A stretch of 32,000 nucleotides of DNA. Origin: Candidatus Helarchaeota ASGARD archaeon Hel_GB_B (GTDB taxonomy: Archaea > Asgardarchaeota > Lokiarchaeia > Helarchaeales > HEL-GB-B). The stretch's first letter is position 1. Every line of letters begins with the position of its first letter. The notes under the pieces were generated by a model, which did no database searches, was not told where the DNA came from, and saw nothing but the letters and a program-made list of their open reading frames with translations. The translations under genes were made by a program, and so were the position numbers. Positions 18,339 through 27,881 of the stretch are shown piece after piece. The DNA lies in assembly GCA_005191425.1 (NCBI GenBank), contig SUPR01000017.1, positions 11,592-43,591 on the forward strand, in the 5' to 3' direction.

Positions 18339-18779
18339 ATGGTTATTGTGATCAATCAAAATATAAAAAAAGAATTAGATGATTACAATTTTCTATCAGA
18401 ATTTGAAGGAATTGTAAAGTCAAAAGTATTCGAACGCTCATATAAATTACTTTATGAAGCAAAATCATATATTTCTAACAATAATAAAATCTTGTATATT
18501 GAATTTCACCCAGACCATACTATTTTTCATATTTTTTATAGTATTTCTGAGAAGAATAAATACATTACAACAAGTAGTAACTTAGAAGGTGAGATATCGG
18601 ATAAAAAGATAAAGATATTATTTTTAAATAAAAATTTAGAAAGAGAAGAAGTTTATATAAGGCATAAGAAAATCACTCAAGGAATTGAATTAAGTGAAAT
18701 AAAAAATCCGACCAAAATTTTGAAAAAAATAATAAGTGATGTTTTTGAATATTACAGGAAAATTGCAGATAAAAAGTAA
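18339..18779 (+). CDS. Hypothetical protein of 146 aa
   Basis: Isolated ORF with normal soluble-protein composition; no motif recognised. Confidence 0.6.
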   Translation: MVIVINQNIKKELDDYNFLSEFEGIVKSKVFERSYKLLYEAKSYISNNNKILYIEFHPDHTIFHIFYSISEKNKYITTSSNLEGEISDKKIKILFLNKNLEREEVYIRHKKITQGIELSEIKNPTKILKKIISDVFEYYRKIADKK

Positions 18780-19059
18780 TTTGATTGCAATATTATAAAA
18801 AGCCTAATTATTGATACTAATTTTTCCCAATATGTCCTTAATTTTCGAGTTTTCTGAAAAGAGAAAAAAAATAATCGCATTGATCTATTTAGTTCTAACC
18901 AATATTTAAAATTAGCGAATTAATTTTATGATATCATTTATTTTATTGAAAAATCAATTTGATGTATATAAAAAAATTCATATATTAATTATAAACATAT
19001 ATAATGTGTATTAAAAATTTTTAAATTCAAATATATAATATAAAAACAAACAAAATAAA

Positions 19060-20025
19060 ATGGAAGAAGGAAAATGGAGGATTTACTTGATCTCTGAAAA
19101 AACTTATAAAGATGATGAAGATTTTATAAAAATGTGTCCTGAATGTAAATCTACAGAGCTTATTAAAGATAGGACAAGAGGAGATACAATTTGTAGTAAT
19201 TGTGGGCTTGTAATCTTAGAAAAGGAAATTGACCAAGGGCCAGAATGGCGGTCATTTGATGCTGAACAAGAAAAAAGGCGTAGAACTGGATCGCCAATGA
19301 CCTATACAGTCCATGATAAAGGTCTAAGTACCATGATATCTTGGGATAACAAGGATTCATATGGAAAAAAGATATCTCCAAAAATGAAGTCTCAGATATT
19401 TAGATTAAGAAAATGGCAGATAAGAAGTAGAGTTTATTCTTCTATAGATCGAAATTTAGCTCTTGCAATGTCTGAGCTTGATAGGTTATCTTCACAATTA
19501 AATATCCCTCGGAGTATTAAAGAAAGCACTGCAGTACTTTATCGAAAGGCTACTGAGGAAAAATTAATACGTGGCCAATCTATTGAAGCAATGATAGCTG
19601 CTAGTTTATATTGTGTATGTCGTATTAGACATGTACCTCGAACTTTAGACGAAATTGCAACTCGTTCTTATGTCCATAAAAAAGAGATTGGGCGTTGCTA
19701 TAGATTGATTTTAAAAAAGTTAAATTTGAAAATTCCACTTGCAAGTCCAGTAGATTATATCGCTAGATTTACTAACGAATTAAATTTATCAGGTAAAACA
19801 TTAAAGAGAGCTAACGAAATTATTAAACTTGCTAAAGAACATGGACTGACAATAGGAAAGGACCCAACAGGGCTTGCTGCGTCATGTATCTATATTTCGT
19901 CAATTTTGGAGGGTGAACGTCGTACACAAAGAGAAATTGCTGAAGTTGCACATGTAACAGAAGTTACTGTCAGAAATAGATACAAAGAATTGGTTAAAGA
20001 ATTAAGGATTGACATAGAAATATAA
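19060..20025 (+). CDS. tfb: Transcription initiation factor IIB (TFB); likely true start is TTG at 19087
   Basis: CPEC..CSNCG zinc ribbon, IDQGPEWRSF, HDKGLST, two cyclin repeats, GKDPTGLAAS and TEVTVRNRYKEL. GGAGG at 19076-19080 lies 6 nt before the in-frame TTG 19087. Confidence 0.97.
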   Translation: MEEGKWRIYLISEKTYKDDEDFIKMCPECKSTELIKDRTRGDTICSNCGLVILEKEIDQGPEWRSFDAEQEKRRRTGSPMTYTVHDKGLSTMISWDNKDSYGKKISPKMKSQIFRLRKWQIRSRVYSSIDRNLALAMSELDRLSSQLNIPRSIKESTAVLYRKATEEKLIRGQSIEAMIAASLYCVCRIRHVPRTLDEIATRSYVHKKEIGRCYRLILKKLNLKIPLASPVDYIARFTNELNLSGKTLKRANEIIKLAKEHGLTIGKDPTGLAASCIYISSILEGERRTQREIAEVAHVTEVTVRNRYKELVKELRIDIEI

Positions 20026-20077
20026 TCAAAAATTTATATCTTTAATGAAATAAGTTAACATTAAAAAAATATCTTGT

Positions 20078-20521
20078 TTATTCAATAATCTCAATTTCTA
20101 CTTTATTAAGCTCGTCTTCCGCCCATTGATACGCTTTTAAATTATCAATATCTTGAGTTGTACTAAGAATTACCCAAATATTTTGGTGTAATTTTAAAAA
20201 GGGAAGGTCTATTGCACTAGGAATTGGACTCATTGGATGTGAATGAAAAATTCCAATAATTTCTTGATTATTTTCTTCAGCTATTCGATAGATACGATAT
20301 TGTTCCTCAGGATCTATTTGGAATTTTACAGGACTTTCAACAACATTTTTAAGGGTATAAACATTTTCTACGATCCCTAAGTTGTTAGAAGTATTGATTT
20401 TACCAACAAGAATTGCAGGTGCTTCATTTGGATAGCATTTTTGTGCCCAATCTATCAATTCTTTTAGTTGCGCTTTTGTAATAATTATTTTATTAAGTTT
20501 TTTCAATCTAAGACTCACCAA
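20078..20521 (-). CDS. JAB1/MPN+ (JAMM, M67) metalloisopeptidase
   Basis: PNEAPAILVG (catalytic Glu) and IIGIFHSHPMSPIPSAID (H-x-H...S-x2-D zinc motif). Confidence 0.88.
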   Translation of the reverse strand: MVSLRLKKLNKIIITKAQLKELIDWAQKCYPNEAPAILVGKINTSNNLGIVENVYTLKNVVESPVKFQIDPEEQYRIYRIAEENNQEIIGIFHSHPMSPIPSAIDLPFLKLHQNIWVILSTTQDIDNLKAYQWAEDELNKVEIEIIE

Positions 20522-20555
20522 ATAATATTTTTAATTAGAAAAAAGAGGGGAAAAG

Positions 20556-22082
20556 TTATAACGGAACATGAGTACCGCAATGTTTACAGAATTCTTCACC
20601 GGGTTGGACTGCATAATTACACTTAGGACACCTACGAATTGGTGGATGATGGTCAAACCAAGCTTTCCAATCATTTTTGAACTCTTCTGGCATTCTAATG
20701 GGTAATTTAAATCCAGATTCTTTATCTAAAATGAACCCAAATAGAAATGCCATATATACATCATTATACATCATAAAAACAGGCCGAGTTATCAGTGTTG
20801 AAATAAATACGAATAAAATTGCACCAATTATTACAATTCCAAACATTAAGCCATAGTCAACAAAATATCCAGTAACTGGAAATATATAAATCCAATAAAT
20901 TATCTGTCCAAAAATAACTCCACCAGATAAAAATATTGTTACCATTAAGAATGTAAGTAAATTAAAGGCCATTTTAACTCCAGTTTCTTTAATAAAAACA
21001 TCAGCAAAATTGTCATATAATCGATATACAGAGCTTTTAATAGCCTTAGTTGTCGGTTTATCTTCTATCACAATTGACGGTAGTGTAAAATAATTTATAT
21101 AGTACCATACTGAGCCGATAATACCTGATGCCAATCTAAATCCTGCAGCGGTCCATGGATTTGTTTTTCCAGATTTACTGGACAGCTGATTTAATATCAT
21201 TCGTATAGTGCGAATTAAAGCTTCCAACAAAGAAAATATTGCAATATCACCCATTTGATAGAGTGCTACAGCAAATCCATCTCGTAAATCCGGATCTTTA
21301 TTTCTATACCAAATATATGTAATTGCATAATTTACAGCGGTTAAAACTTTTGAATTAAAGACAATATAAAAGCTTTCTACAAAGAAAATAATTATTCCAA
21401 TAATCCAAACAATAAATTCGTCAAGTCCTAAAGAATAAATCCAAATCATTATAGAAAGATCAATCAATCCTAAGAAACTTGATAAAATCCCCAGTAAAAA
21501 TATTTTTAAAATTGCTGGAACAATTAACTCTTTTTCCTCATGTACCAATCGTCCTGTTAATTTCAAAATATTTCCTGCTCTTCGTAAAGCGGGCTTCCAT
21601 CGCGTAAATGATATTATTAATGTGAAAGTATAAAAAGCAGGGATTATTAGCCACCAAAAGGCTTCAAGCCCAGATCCATTAATAATCAGAAATACAACAT
21701 AAATAATCAAAATAATCCAGATTATAATTGTTATAAATATTATTGAAAACTTTAAAACGCCAGCCCCATATTTTCTTAAAAGTTTATTTATTGTAATGAC
21801 TGCAAAAAAGCTAGCAGCAAAAGAAATCGTTATGAATAATATCATAATAACCCAGAATTGTGCTGTCGAAGCCAATAAACCTGATAAAAAAAACAAAGCA
21901 TATAATAGATCTAAGTTAGCTGGAGTTAAAAGCGATAACAAACATACTACACCAATAGAAATAACGATACCCCACTCAATTATTAAAAGTGCTAATTTTC
22001 CTTTGTCTAGTTTTATAGGTTCTCCAGTTTCAAAAAATTTCATCATTCGAGATTGGTCATCAGTTATTTTATCTTTTTGCAT
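20556..22082 (-). CDS. Polytopic membrane protein resembling the choline transporter-like (CTL/SLC44) family, with a C-terminal zinc ribbon
   Basis: About 9-10 TM segments; WY...ALYQMGDIAIFSLLEALIRTIRMIL...YYINYFTLPSIVIEDKP..KAIKSS..L parallels the CTL core pattern as I recall it; C-terminal CPKC..CKHC. GTGAT SD before the ATG. Confidence 0.7.
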   Translation of the reverse strand: MQKDKITDDQSRMMKFFETGEPIKLDKGKLALLIIEWGIVISIGVVCLLSLLTPANLDLLYALFFLSGLLASTAQFWVIMILFITISFAASFFAVITINKLLRKYGAGVLKFSIIFITIIIWIILIIYVVFLIINGSGLEAFWWLIIPAFYTFTLIISFTRWKPALRRAGNILKLTGRLVHEEKELIVPAILKIFLLGILSSFLGLIDLSIMIWIYSLGLDEFIVWIIGIIIFFVESFYIVFNSKVLTAVNYAITYIWYRNKDPDLRDGFAVALYQMGDIAIFSLLEALIRTIRMILNQLSSKSGKTNPWTAAGFRLASGIIGSVWYYINYFTLPSIVIEDKPTTKAIKSSVYRLYDNFADVFIKETGVKMAFNLLTFLMVTIFLSGGVIFGQIIYWIYIFPVTGYFVDYGLMFGIVIIGAILFVFISTLITRPVFMMYNDVYMAFLFGFILDKESGFKLPIRMPEEFKNDWKAWFDHHPPIRRCPKCNYAVQPGEEFCKHCGTHVPL

Positions 22083-22524
22083 TTGTCTATCACATCAATT
22101 TATTGTATTTTAAAGATATTTTTTTATTTTTACTTTAATAAAAATTCTAATCTAAAATCTTTAAAATAAATGTTATTGATCAATAAAATTTCATAAAATT
22201 TCTTATATTAAAAAATATTATTATCCTTTTTAAGTTAAATGAATCAAAAATATCCAACAAACATTAAAATTTCATCATTTATAGGAGATTTAGTTAATTT
22301 ATTTTCAAATATACAAAATGATTCAAAAATTTTTTTGTATATCCTATTAATGAATAAGTTAACAAAGCGAATTAAGAATTTTAAGGTAATATATATTAAA
22401 TTAATGAGCAAAAGAAAATAACTCTGAATAATAATATTATCGAAATAATAAAATTATAAGAAAAAATTTCATAATTTTGCAATTTAATATTCTATTTTAA
22501 ACTCTCTACCATAAATATTAAGCA

Positions 22525-23169
22525 TTATTTATCTTTCTTAAAGAATTTTCTTAAAAGATTTTTTTCCAAACTTTTTTCAAAATAATAAAAAAAAATCATT
22601 AATGAGACCATTATAGCCATAACTAAAAAGAATATAATAATATTATATAATAGATATGCATTTATTGTTATGATTACTGAAGTTAAAATGAATAATACCC
22701 ATTCGAATTTAAATAACGGTGTTTTTCTATATGCAATTAGCCATTCTTTATCATGTTTACCTACCATTGATTTACTTAATAATTTAAACGACCTATGCTT
22801 CATAAAAGGCCATAACCATCTTATACCATCATCTGAATAAAAAGTATCTCCTAGAAAATGGAGATATATATTTATCGCCATTGAAATTGTTAGAACACTA
22901 GGAAAAATAAATATTAATACAATAAATGGAATATACATGAAAGGAAAATGAGTGGGCCAAGAATGATGTCGAAAATCTACCTTATTTTGTTTTATAACAA
23001 ATCTTTTGATAGAAGAATAAACAACATCAATTAAATCTGGTAAAAGACCGCAGATAATTGATGGTACTATAACGAGATAAGAAGGTTGTAAATAATTCCC
23101 GAAAATAAATAATACTAAATTATATGCCAAATAAGAAACACAAAAATGCCCTGGAAAAACCTGAATTAT
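22525..23169 (-). CDS. Membrane metal-dependent hydrolase (YdjM/LexA-binding inner-membrane family); start probably upstream of the ORF-track call
   Basis: LLPDLID, FRHHSWPTH and HFLGDTF..DGIRWLWP motifs; the in-frame extension IIQVFPGHFCVSY upstream of TTG 23130 supplies the N-terminal His. Confidence 0.75.
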   Translation of the reverse strand: MIQVFPGHFCVSYLAYNLVLFIFGNYLQPSYLVIVPSIICGLLPDLIDVVYSSIKRFVIKQNKVDFRHHSWPTHFPFMYIPFIVLIFIFPSVLTISMAINIYLHFLGDTFYSDDGIRWLWPFMKHRSFKLLSKSMVGKHDKEWLIAYRKTPLFKFEWVLFILTSVIITINAYLLYNIIIFFLVMAIMVSLMIFFYYFEKSLEKNLLRKFFKKDK

Positions 23170-23179
23170 TTTTCGCCTC

Positions 23180-24205
23180 TTAACTGGATTGATATAATTT
23201 TAATATAGCTTTAGCAATATTTTCAAAAAGAAGATTTACATTAGTCCCATTTTTTGAAGATGTTTCAAGATATCCTAATTTTAAACGTTTTGCTAGATTT
23301 TTAGCATTTTCTTTTGATACTTTTCTTTTTAAATCTAATTTATTTCCCACTAAAACGCCAATTTTATAACCAATATTATCATTAATCCAATCATACCAAT
23401 ATTTTACTTCATTAAAAGTATCAAACCTTGTTATATCATAGACATAGATAATTGCATCACATCCATTGATTAATTTCTCGTTCATATCAATGTAACAAGC
23501 CTGCCCTGAAATATCCCATAAATAAAAATGAACCCTAATTTTTTCGTCCATTAAATCTAAAGTTTTAATATTTACATTTGCTACATTTGTCGCAATATAT
23601 CGGTCCCTGAATGCCTCTTCAGTAAACCTTAATAATAAAGAAGTTTTACCAACACCTGGCGCCCCAACTAAGGCAATTTTATAATTAAATTCTTTAAAAT
23701 CTTTAAATGGCAATTCTTCAGAGTCGTCTTTAATCTTAAAGGTAGTAATTCTGTGTTGGGTATAAATTTGGACTTTTTCCTTTAAATCATAATAGAATTC
23801 TACAAGTAATTTTTTGGATGACTTATTATTAACTTCATTGGCTATAATTTTTTCAGATATTTCTTTTATTGAATTTTCTAACTCATTCATATTAAAATAA
23901 AAGATCGAATTATATTTGTCTACTATTAAGAGTGAGATTGAAGCAGCTACTTTTTTTCCACGAGCATTTTCATTAGGAATTCCAAACAAATAAACAAATG
24001 TAGATAAATGATCCTCTGGAAACTGAATAAAAGCTATCTGATTAGTCGCTTCACCTGAGTCTCCAGCTAAAAGAGTTATTGTTTTAACAGAAATTTTTAA
24101 TAACATATCTTGGTCTAATGAAATTGGAAACCAATATTTAGCCTCTGGACCTTTATCACCGAAGCACGAAAAAACGATCCCTTTTAGTATATCTACATTT
24201 ACCAT
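23180..24205 (-). CDS. Rab-like small GTPase fused to an N-terminal longin/uDENN-like domain
   Basis: G1 GAPGVGKT, G2 YIAT, G3 WDISGQ, G4 NKLD, G5 ETSSK in the C-terminal 170 aa; the N-terminal domain begins IVFSCFGDKGPEAKYWFP. No C-terminal Cys prenylation motif. Confidence 0.88.
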   Translation of the reverse strand: MVNVDILKGIVFSCFGDKGPEAKYWFPISLDQDMLLKISVKTITLLAGDSGEATNQIAFIQFPEDHLSTFVYLFGIPNENARGKKVAASISLLIVDKYNSIFYFNMNELENSIKEISEKIIANEVNNKSSKKLLVEFYYDLKEKVQIYTQHRITTFKIKDDSEELPFKDFKEFNYKIALVGAPGVGKTSLLLRFTEEAFRDRYIATNVANVNIKTLDLMDEKIRVHFYLWDISGQACYIDMNEKLINGCDAIIYVYDITRFDTFNEVKYWYDWINDNIGYKIGVLVGNKLDLKRKVSKENAKNLAKRLKLGYLETSSKNGTNVNLLFENIAKAILKLYQSS

Positions 24206-24529
24206 TTAATAACGCCAATGATTTCTAGTACATTTTTTATTATTAATTAAATAATTTACACGTCTTCAATTTATAAATATTTTAATAATTTAAATTTTAA
24301 ATTACCAATATTTTTATTTAATCTTTTTTTGTTCCTAATTAAATTTTTGTATATTTAAGTTTAAAAATTGGATTTGGATTAATTTCATTAAAAACTACCA
24401 TAAATTGGTCTAAAAAAGATCGGAGAATTATGCTAGTTTATTAGATAGTATAGAGAAAAAGCACGGTTCAGATTATTTGATATTTATATGTTTTTGACGA
24501 AAAAAATACTTTTGCAAACTATACAAAAT

Positions 24530-24602
24530 CTTTTTATATTAATTAAAAATTTATTAAAACCTTTTTATATTAATTAAAAATTTATCAAAACTTATATTAA
24601 TT
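24530..24602 (+). repeat. 31-bp tandem direct repeat (2 copies plus a partial copy) in the promoter of the surface protein
   Basis: CTTTTTATATTAATTAAAAATTTATTAAAAC at 24530-24560 and 24561-24591 (1 mismatch), then TTATATTAATT. Confidence 0.7.
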
Positions 24603-24646
24603 TGTTCTTATTGTATCATAATAAAATTAAATAGAGTGTTCCTACT

Positions 24647-26068
24647 ATGAAATTGAGAACTTGGAATTATTTTGTTATATTTTTCATTTTTATAGTATTC
24701 TTTTCTTTTATATTTCCGATTAAAATATGTAATGCGGTACCTACAAAAACACTTAATTGGATCTATAATACGTATAATGATGTTTGGTCAGTAGCAATTT
24801 CTGGTGATGGACAATATATTGTAGTAGGGAGTAATAATCATGATTTATATCTATTTAATAAAACTAGTTCTATTCCCGTATGGAATTATACAACAGATTC
24901 TGATGTAAATTCGGTAGCGATATCCAATGATGGGCAGTATATTGTGGGTGGAAATTATAAAAATAAAGTTTATTTATTTAATAGGTCAAGTTCCACTCCG
25001 ATTTGGAGTTATAGTGCTGGAGGTTATATTGAAACAGTGGCAATATCCGATGATGGGATGTATATTGTGGCAGGAAGCAGGGATAATAAGACTTATTTAT
25101 TTAATAAAAGTAGTTCCGTGCCGATGTGGAATCATACTGCTGGTGATTATGTCTGGTCATTGGCGATATCTGGAGATGGAGAGTATATAATAGTTGGGAG
25201 CAGTGATCATAAGATTTATTTTTTCAATAGGACCAGTCCCGTGCCAATGTGGACCTATACCACTGGTGATTGGATCTATTCAGTAGCGATATCCAATGAC
25301 GGGAGTTATATTGCGGTGGGAAGTCGGGATCATAAAGTATATTTGTTTAATAGAAATAGTTCTACACCAATTTGGACTTATACAACGGGTGGATATGTAT
25401 GGTCGGTATCGATTTCTGGAGATGGACAGTATGTAGTCGCAGGAAGCAGTGATTATAAAATATATCTATTTAATAGGGCTAGTCCTACACCAACTTGGAG
25501 CTACAATACCGGCGCTGGATTATTGTCAGTAGCAATCTCAAGAAATGGACAATATTTAGTTGCGGGTAATAGAAATAGTATGTTTTATTTATTTAATAGA
25601 GCAAGTTCAACACCTTTATGGTACTATTCAGCAGGTATTTACGTAAGGACAGTAGCAATATCAAATAATGGCGATTATATTATAACAGGAAATAGTAATT
25701 ATAGAGCATATTTTTTTGACAATAAAGATACTGATGATGATGGACTTTCAGACGGATACGAAACATTCAATTCAAATACAAACCCTAATATAGTAGATAC
25801 TGATGGTGATGGACTTTCAGATGGATATGAAATAATAAATTCGACTACGGATCCAAATAAATTCGATACTGATAATGATGGATATTCAGATGGGACAGAA
25901 GTTAACGCAGGTACTGATCCTTTAGACTCAAATAGTTATCCTACAACATCACCAACAGTTTATTTTCCAGGATTTGGAGTATATTTTATTCTCGCATCCA
26001 TTGTCATAACTGTTATAATATTAATAGCGTACTTAATAAGAAAAAAGCATAAAAACACTCAAAAATAA
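24647..26068 (+). CDS. Cell-surface beta-propeller (WD40/PQQ-like) protein with Ca-binding repeats and a PGF/Loki-CTERM-type anchor
   Basis: N-terminal signal peptide, eight 41-aa repeats, three DTDxDGxSDGxE repeats, a Ser/Thr/Pro linker, then FPGF, a TM helix and RKKHK. Confidence 0.9.
   Translation: MKLRTWNYFVIFFIFIVFFSFIFPIKICNAVPTKTLNWIYNTYNDVWSVAISGDGQYIVVGSNNHDLYLFNKTSSIPVWNYTTDSDVNSVAISNDGQYIVGGNYKNKVYLFNRSSSTPIWSYSAGGYIETVAISDDGMYIVAGSRDNKTYLFNKSSSVPMWNHTAGDYVWSLAISGDGEYIIVGSSDHKIYFFNRTSPVPMWTYTTGDWIYSVAISNDGSYIAVGSRDHKVYLFNRNSSTPIWTYTTGGYVWSVSISGDGQYVVAGSSDYKIYLFNRASPTPTWSYNTGAGLLSVAISRNGQYLVAGNRNSMFYLFNRASSTPLWYYSAGIYVRTVAISNNGDYIITGNSNYRAYFFDNKDTDDDGLSDGYETFNSNTNPNIVDTDGDGLSDGYEIINSTTDPNKFDTDNDGYSDGTEVNAGTDPLDSNSYPTTSPTVYFPGFGVYFILASIVITVIILIAYLIRKKHKNTQK
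24752..25723 (+). repeat. Eight coding tandem repeats, 123-nt period (propeller blades)
   Basis: Consensus P-x-W-x-Y-x-[TA]-G-x-x-V-x-SVAISxDGxYIxxGSxxxKxYLFNRxSxx. Confidence 0.9.
25727..25930 (+). repeat. Three coding Ca-binding (thrombospondin type 3-like) repeats, 69-nt period
   Basis: DTDDDGLSDGYE..TNP, DTDGDGLSDGYE..TDP and DTDNDGYSDGTE..TDP. Confidence 0.85.
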
Positions 26069-26100
26069 TTTTCTTTTTCAATTTTTTTTAAACTTTTTTC
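26069..26100 (+). terminator. Poly-T tracts after the surface-protein gene, probable terminator
   Basis: TTTCTTTTTCAATTTTTTTTAAACTTTTTTC directly after the stop. Confidence 0.4.
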
Positions 26101-26438
26101 CAATTTAATTTGCTAATTATATGGATTGGTAATCAAGTAAAAAATTATTGATATTGGTACAGAATATCATCCTTTTTCAAACAAATAGGCAATAAGAAAA
26201 TTCAAACAGGAACTCAAATTTCTTATAGTATACATGATAAATATGATAAAGGGTTATGGAACACATCATTAAATTGTAAAAATTGCTCAAATAACAGAAA
26301 TTACTGGTAGAAATTAATATAAAGGAATTGATCAAAAATTAGTTGTTGAAATTATTGTTTAATTTATTTCTGTTAAGATTAATTTTATAAAATGATAATT
26401 ATTTTTGTCCAAAAGAGTTAAAATATTATTGTGGTATT

Positions 26439-27881
26439 ATGGTTACAATGGAACAATATGATTTAATTATAGTTGGTGCTGGTCCTGGTGGACTTACTGC
26501 CGCAAAATATGCTTCAGAAAAAGGATTAAAAACAATTGTATTTGAAAGAGGAAGAAATATTGGTGAAAAAAATTGTTCAGGGACAGCCTTATCACCTAAA
26601 TGTTTTAGAGATTTTCCATATCTAAAAAAAGATTTTGATACAGGGAGGATATCCAGAACGGCTATTTCTCATTTTATTAATGAAAATTTAGTTGAAGAGT
26701 CATTTTATGGGTTTTCAGCATCTTCTAGGTTGGGTCGTTATGAAGAGGCTAAAAGTTTTTTAACATTAAATGTTTATAGAAGTGAATTCGATCCATATTT
26801 GAGCGGACTGGCTATAAACGCTGGTAGCATTATAAAAACATCTACATTAATAGTCGATTTATTATATGACGAAAATAATAAAATATGTGGAGTTATAGAT
26901 GAGAATGGAAATAAATATAAAGGAATAGTCATAGGTGCTGATGGAGTAACTTCAATTATAGCAAAAAAAGCTGGAATACGAGATAAATGGGAGCATGACG
27001 AGCTTACGCTTATGCTTGCAATAGAGTATAAAGCAAATACCAATTTATTTAATAGAATTTTTGATGATTATGCTTTACATTACTAGTTTTCTCCTAAATT
27101 TCCAGTAGGTTATTCTTTTTTTCATGCAGATGGAATTCATATAGGTCTAGGACAATTTGTAAATAAATTTGAAAAAAATGCTAAATCTTACTTATAGGAT
27201 TTTTTAAAGGTCAAAAGTGTAAAAAAGCAAATCGAGTTAGTCCAAGGCGTTCCTAGAGAAATACAAGCTCATTTATTAACTTTTTTAAAAAGACCGAAAA
27301 GGACATGGCTAGAAAACTTAATGTTAATAGGTGATGCTGCTGGTTTTCCATGTCCTGTAGAAGCAGAGGGAATATATTATGCAATGCTAAATGGAAATTT
27401 AGCTGCACAAACTGCAATAGAAGCTATTTCAAGCAATAATTTTAAAAGCTTTAAATTGTATGAAGAATTATGGAAAAAATCTCCAATAGGCGAAGAATTT
27501 GAGGCAGAACCTGAAATTTATGAATTTATAAGAGCTGGTTCTTTTTCCATGGAAGCAGCAAAATGGTTAGTCTCTTTTTTAAACGACTTGTTGTATTCTA
27601 TATTCAATGTTGCAGATTCCCATTTGTATAATTTAAAATTATTAATCCCACGAATTATGAAATATTCCCAACTTTTAAGATTAATATTTAATTATATATT
27701 CCCGACTTCAATTCCAATTACTGAGAATATAATTAAAGAAAAAATCAATGAATTATTACCGAATTATTTACCGAAAATATTAATTAATCTGAATCAAAAC
27801 ATATTTGACAAAATAAAATCAATCAGAGAAAAATTGACAGAATTTAGTTATAACTTTATAAAAAGTTATTATAAAAATTGA
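26439..27881 (+). pseudogene. FAD-dependent oxidoreductase (geranylgeranyl reductase/FixC-like), one frame broken by two TAG codons
   Basis: IIVGAGPGG, FERG..IGEKNCSG, YRSEFDPYL, VIGADG, PVGY and LMLIGDAAG...EGIYYAM. ORFs 26439-27086 and 27321-27881 are in the same frame, and the only stops between them are TAG 27084-27086 and TAG 27195-27197. Confidence 0.8.

Noticed and set aside
22239-22421. 60-aa plus-strand ORF in an AT-rich spacer
   Set aside because: Composition (I, K, N, F, L) is typical of random AT-rich DNA.
26120-26310. Frameshifted pieces KIIDIGTEYHPF / IGNKKIQTG...CKNC, vaguely like a zinc dehydrogenase
   Set aside because: Too short and degraded to assign; possibly a remnant upstream of the broken flavoprotein gene.
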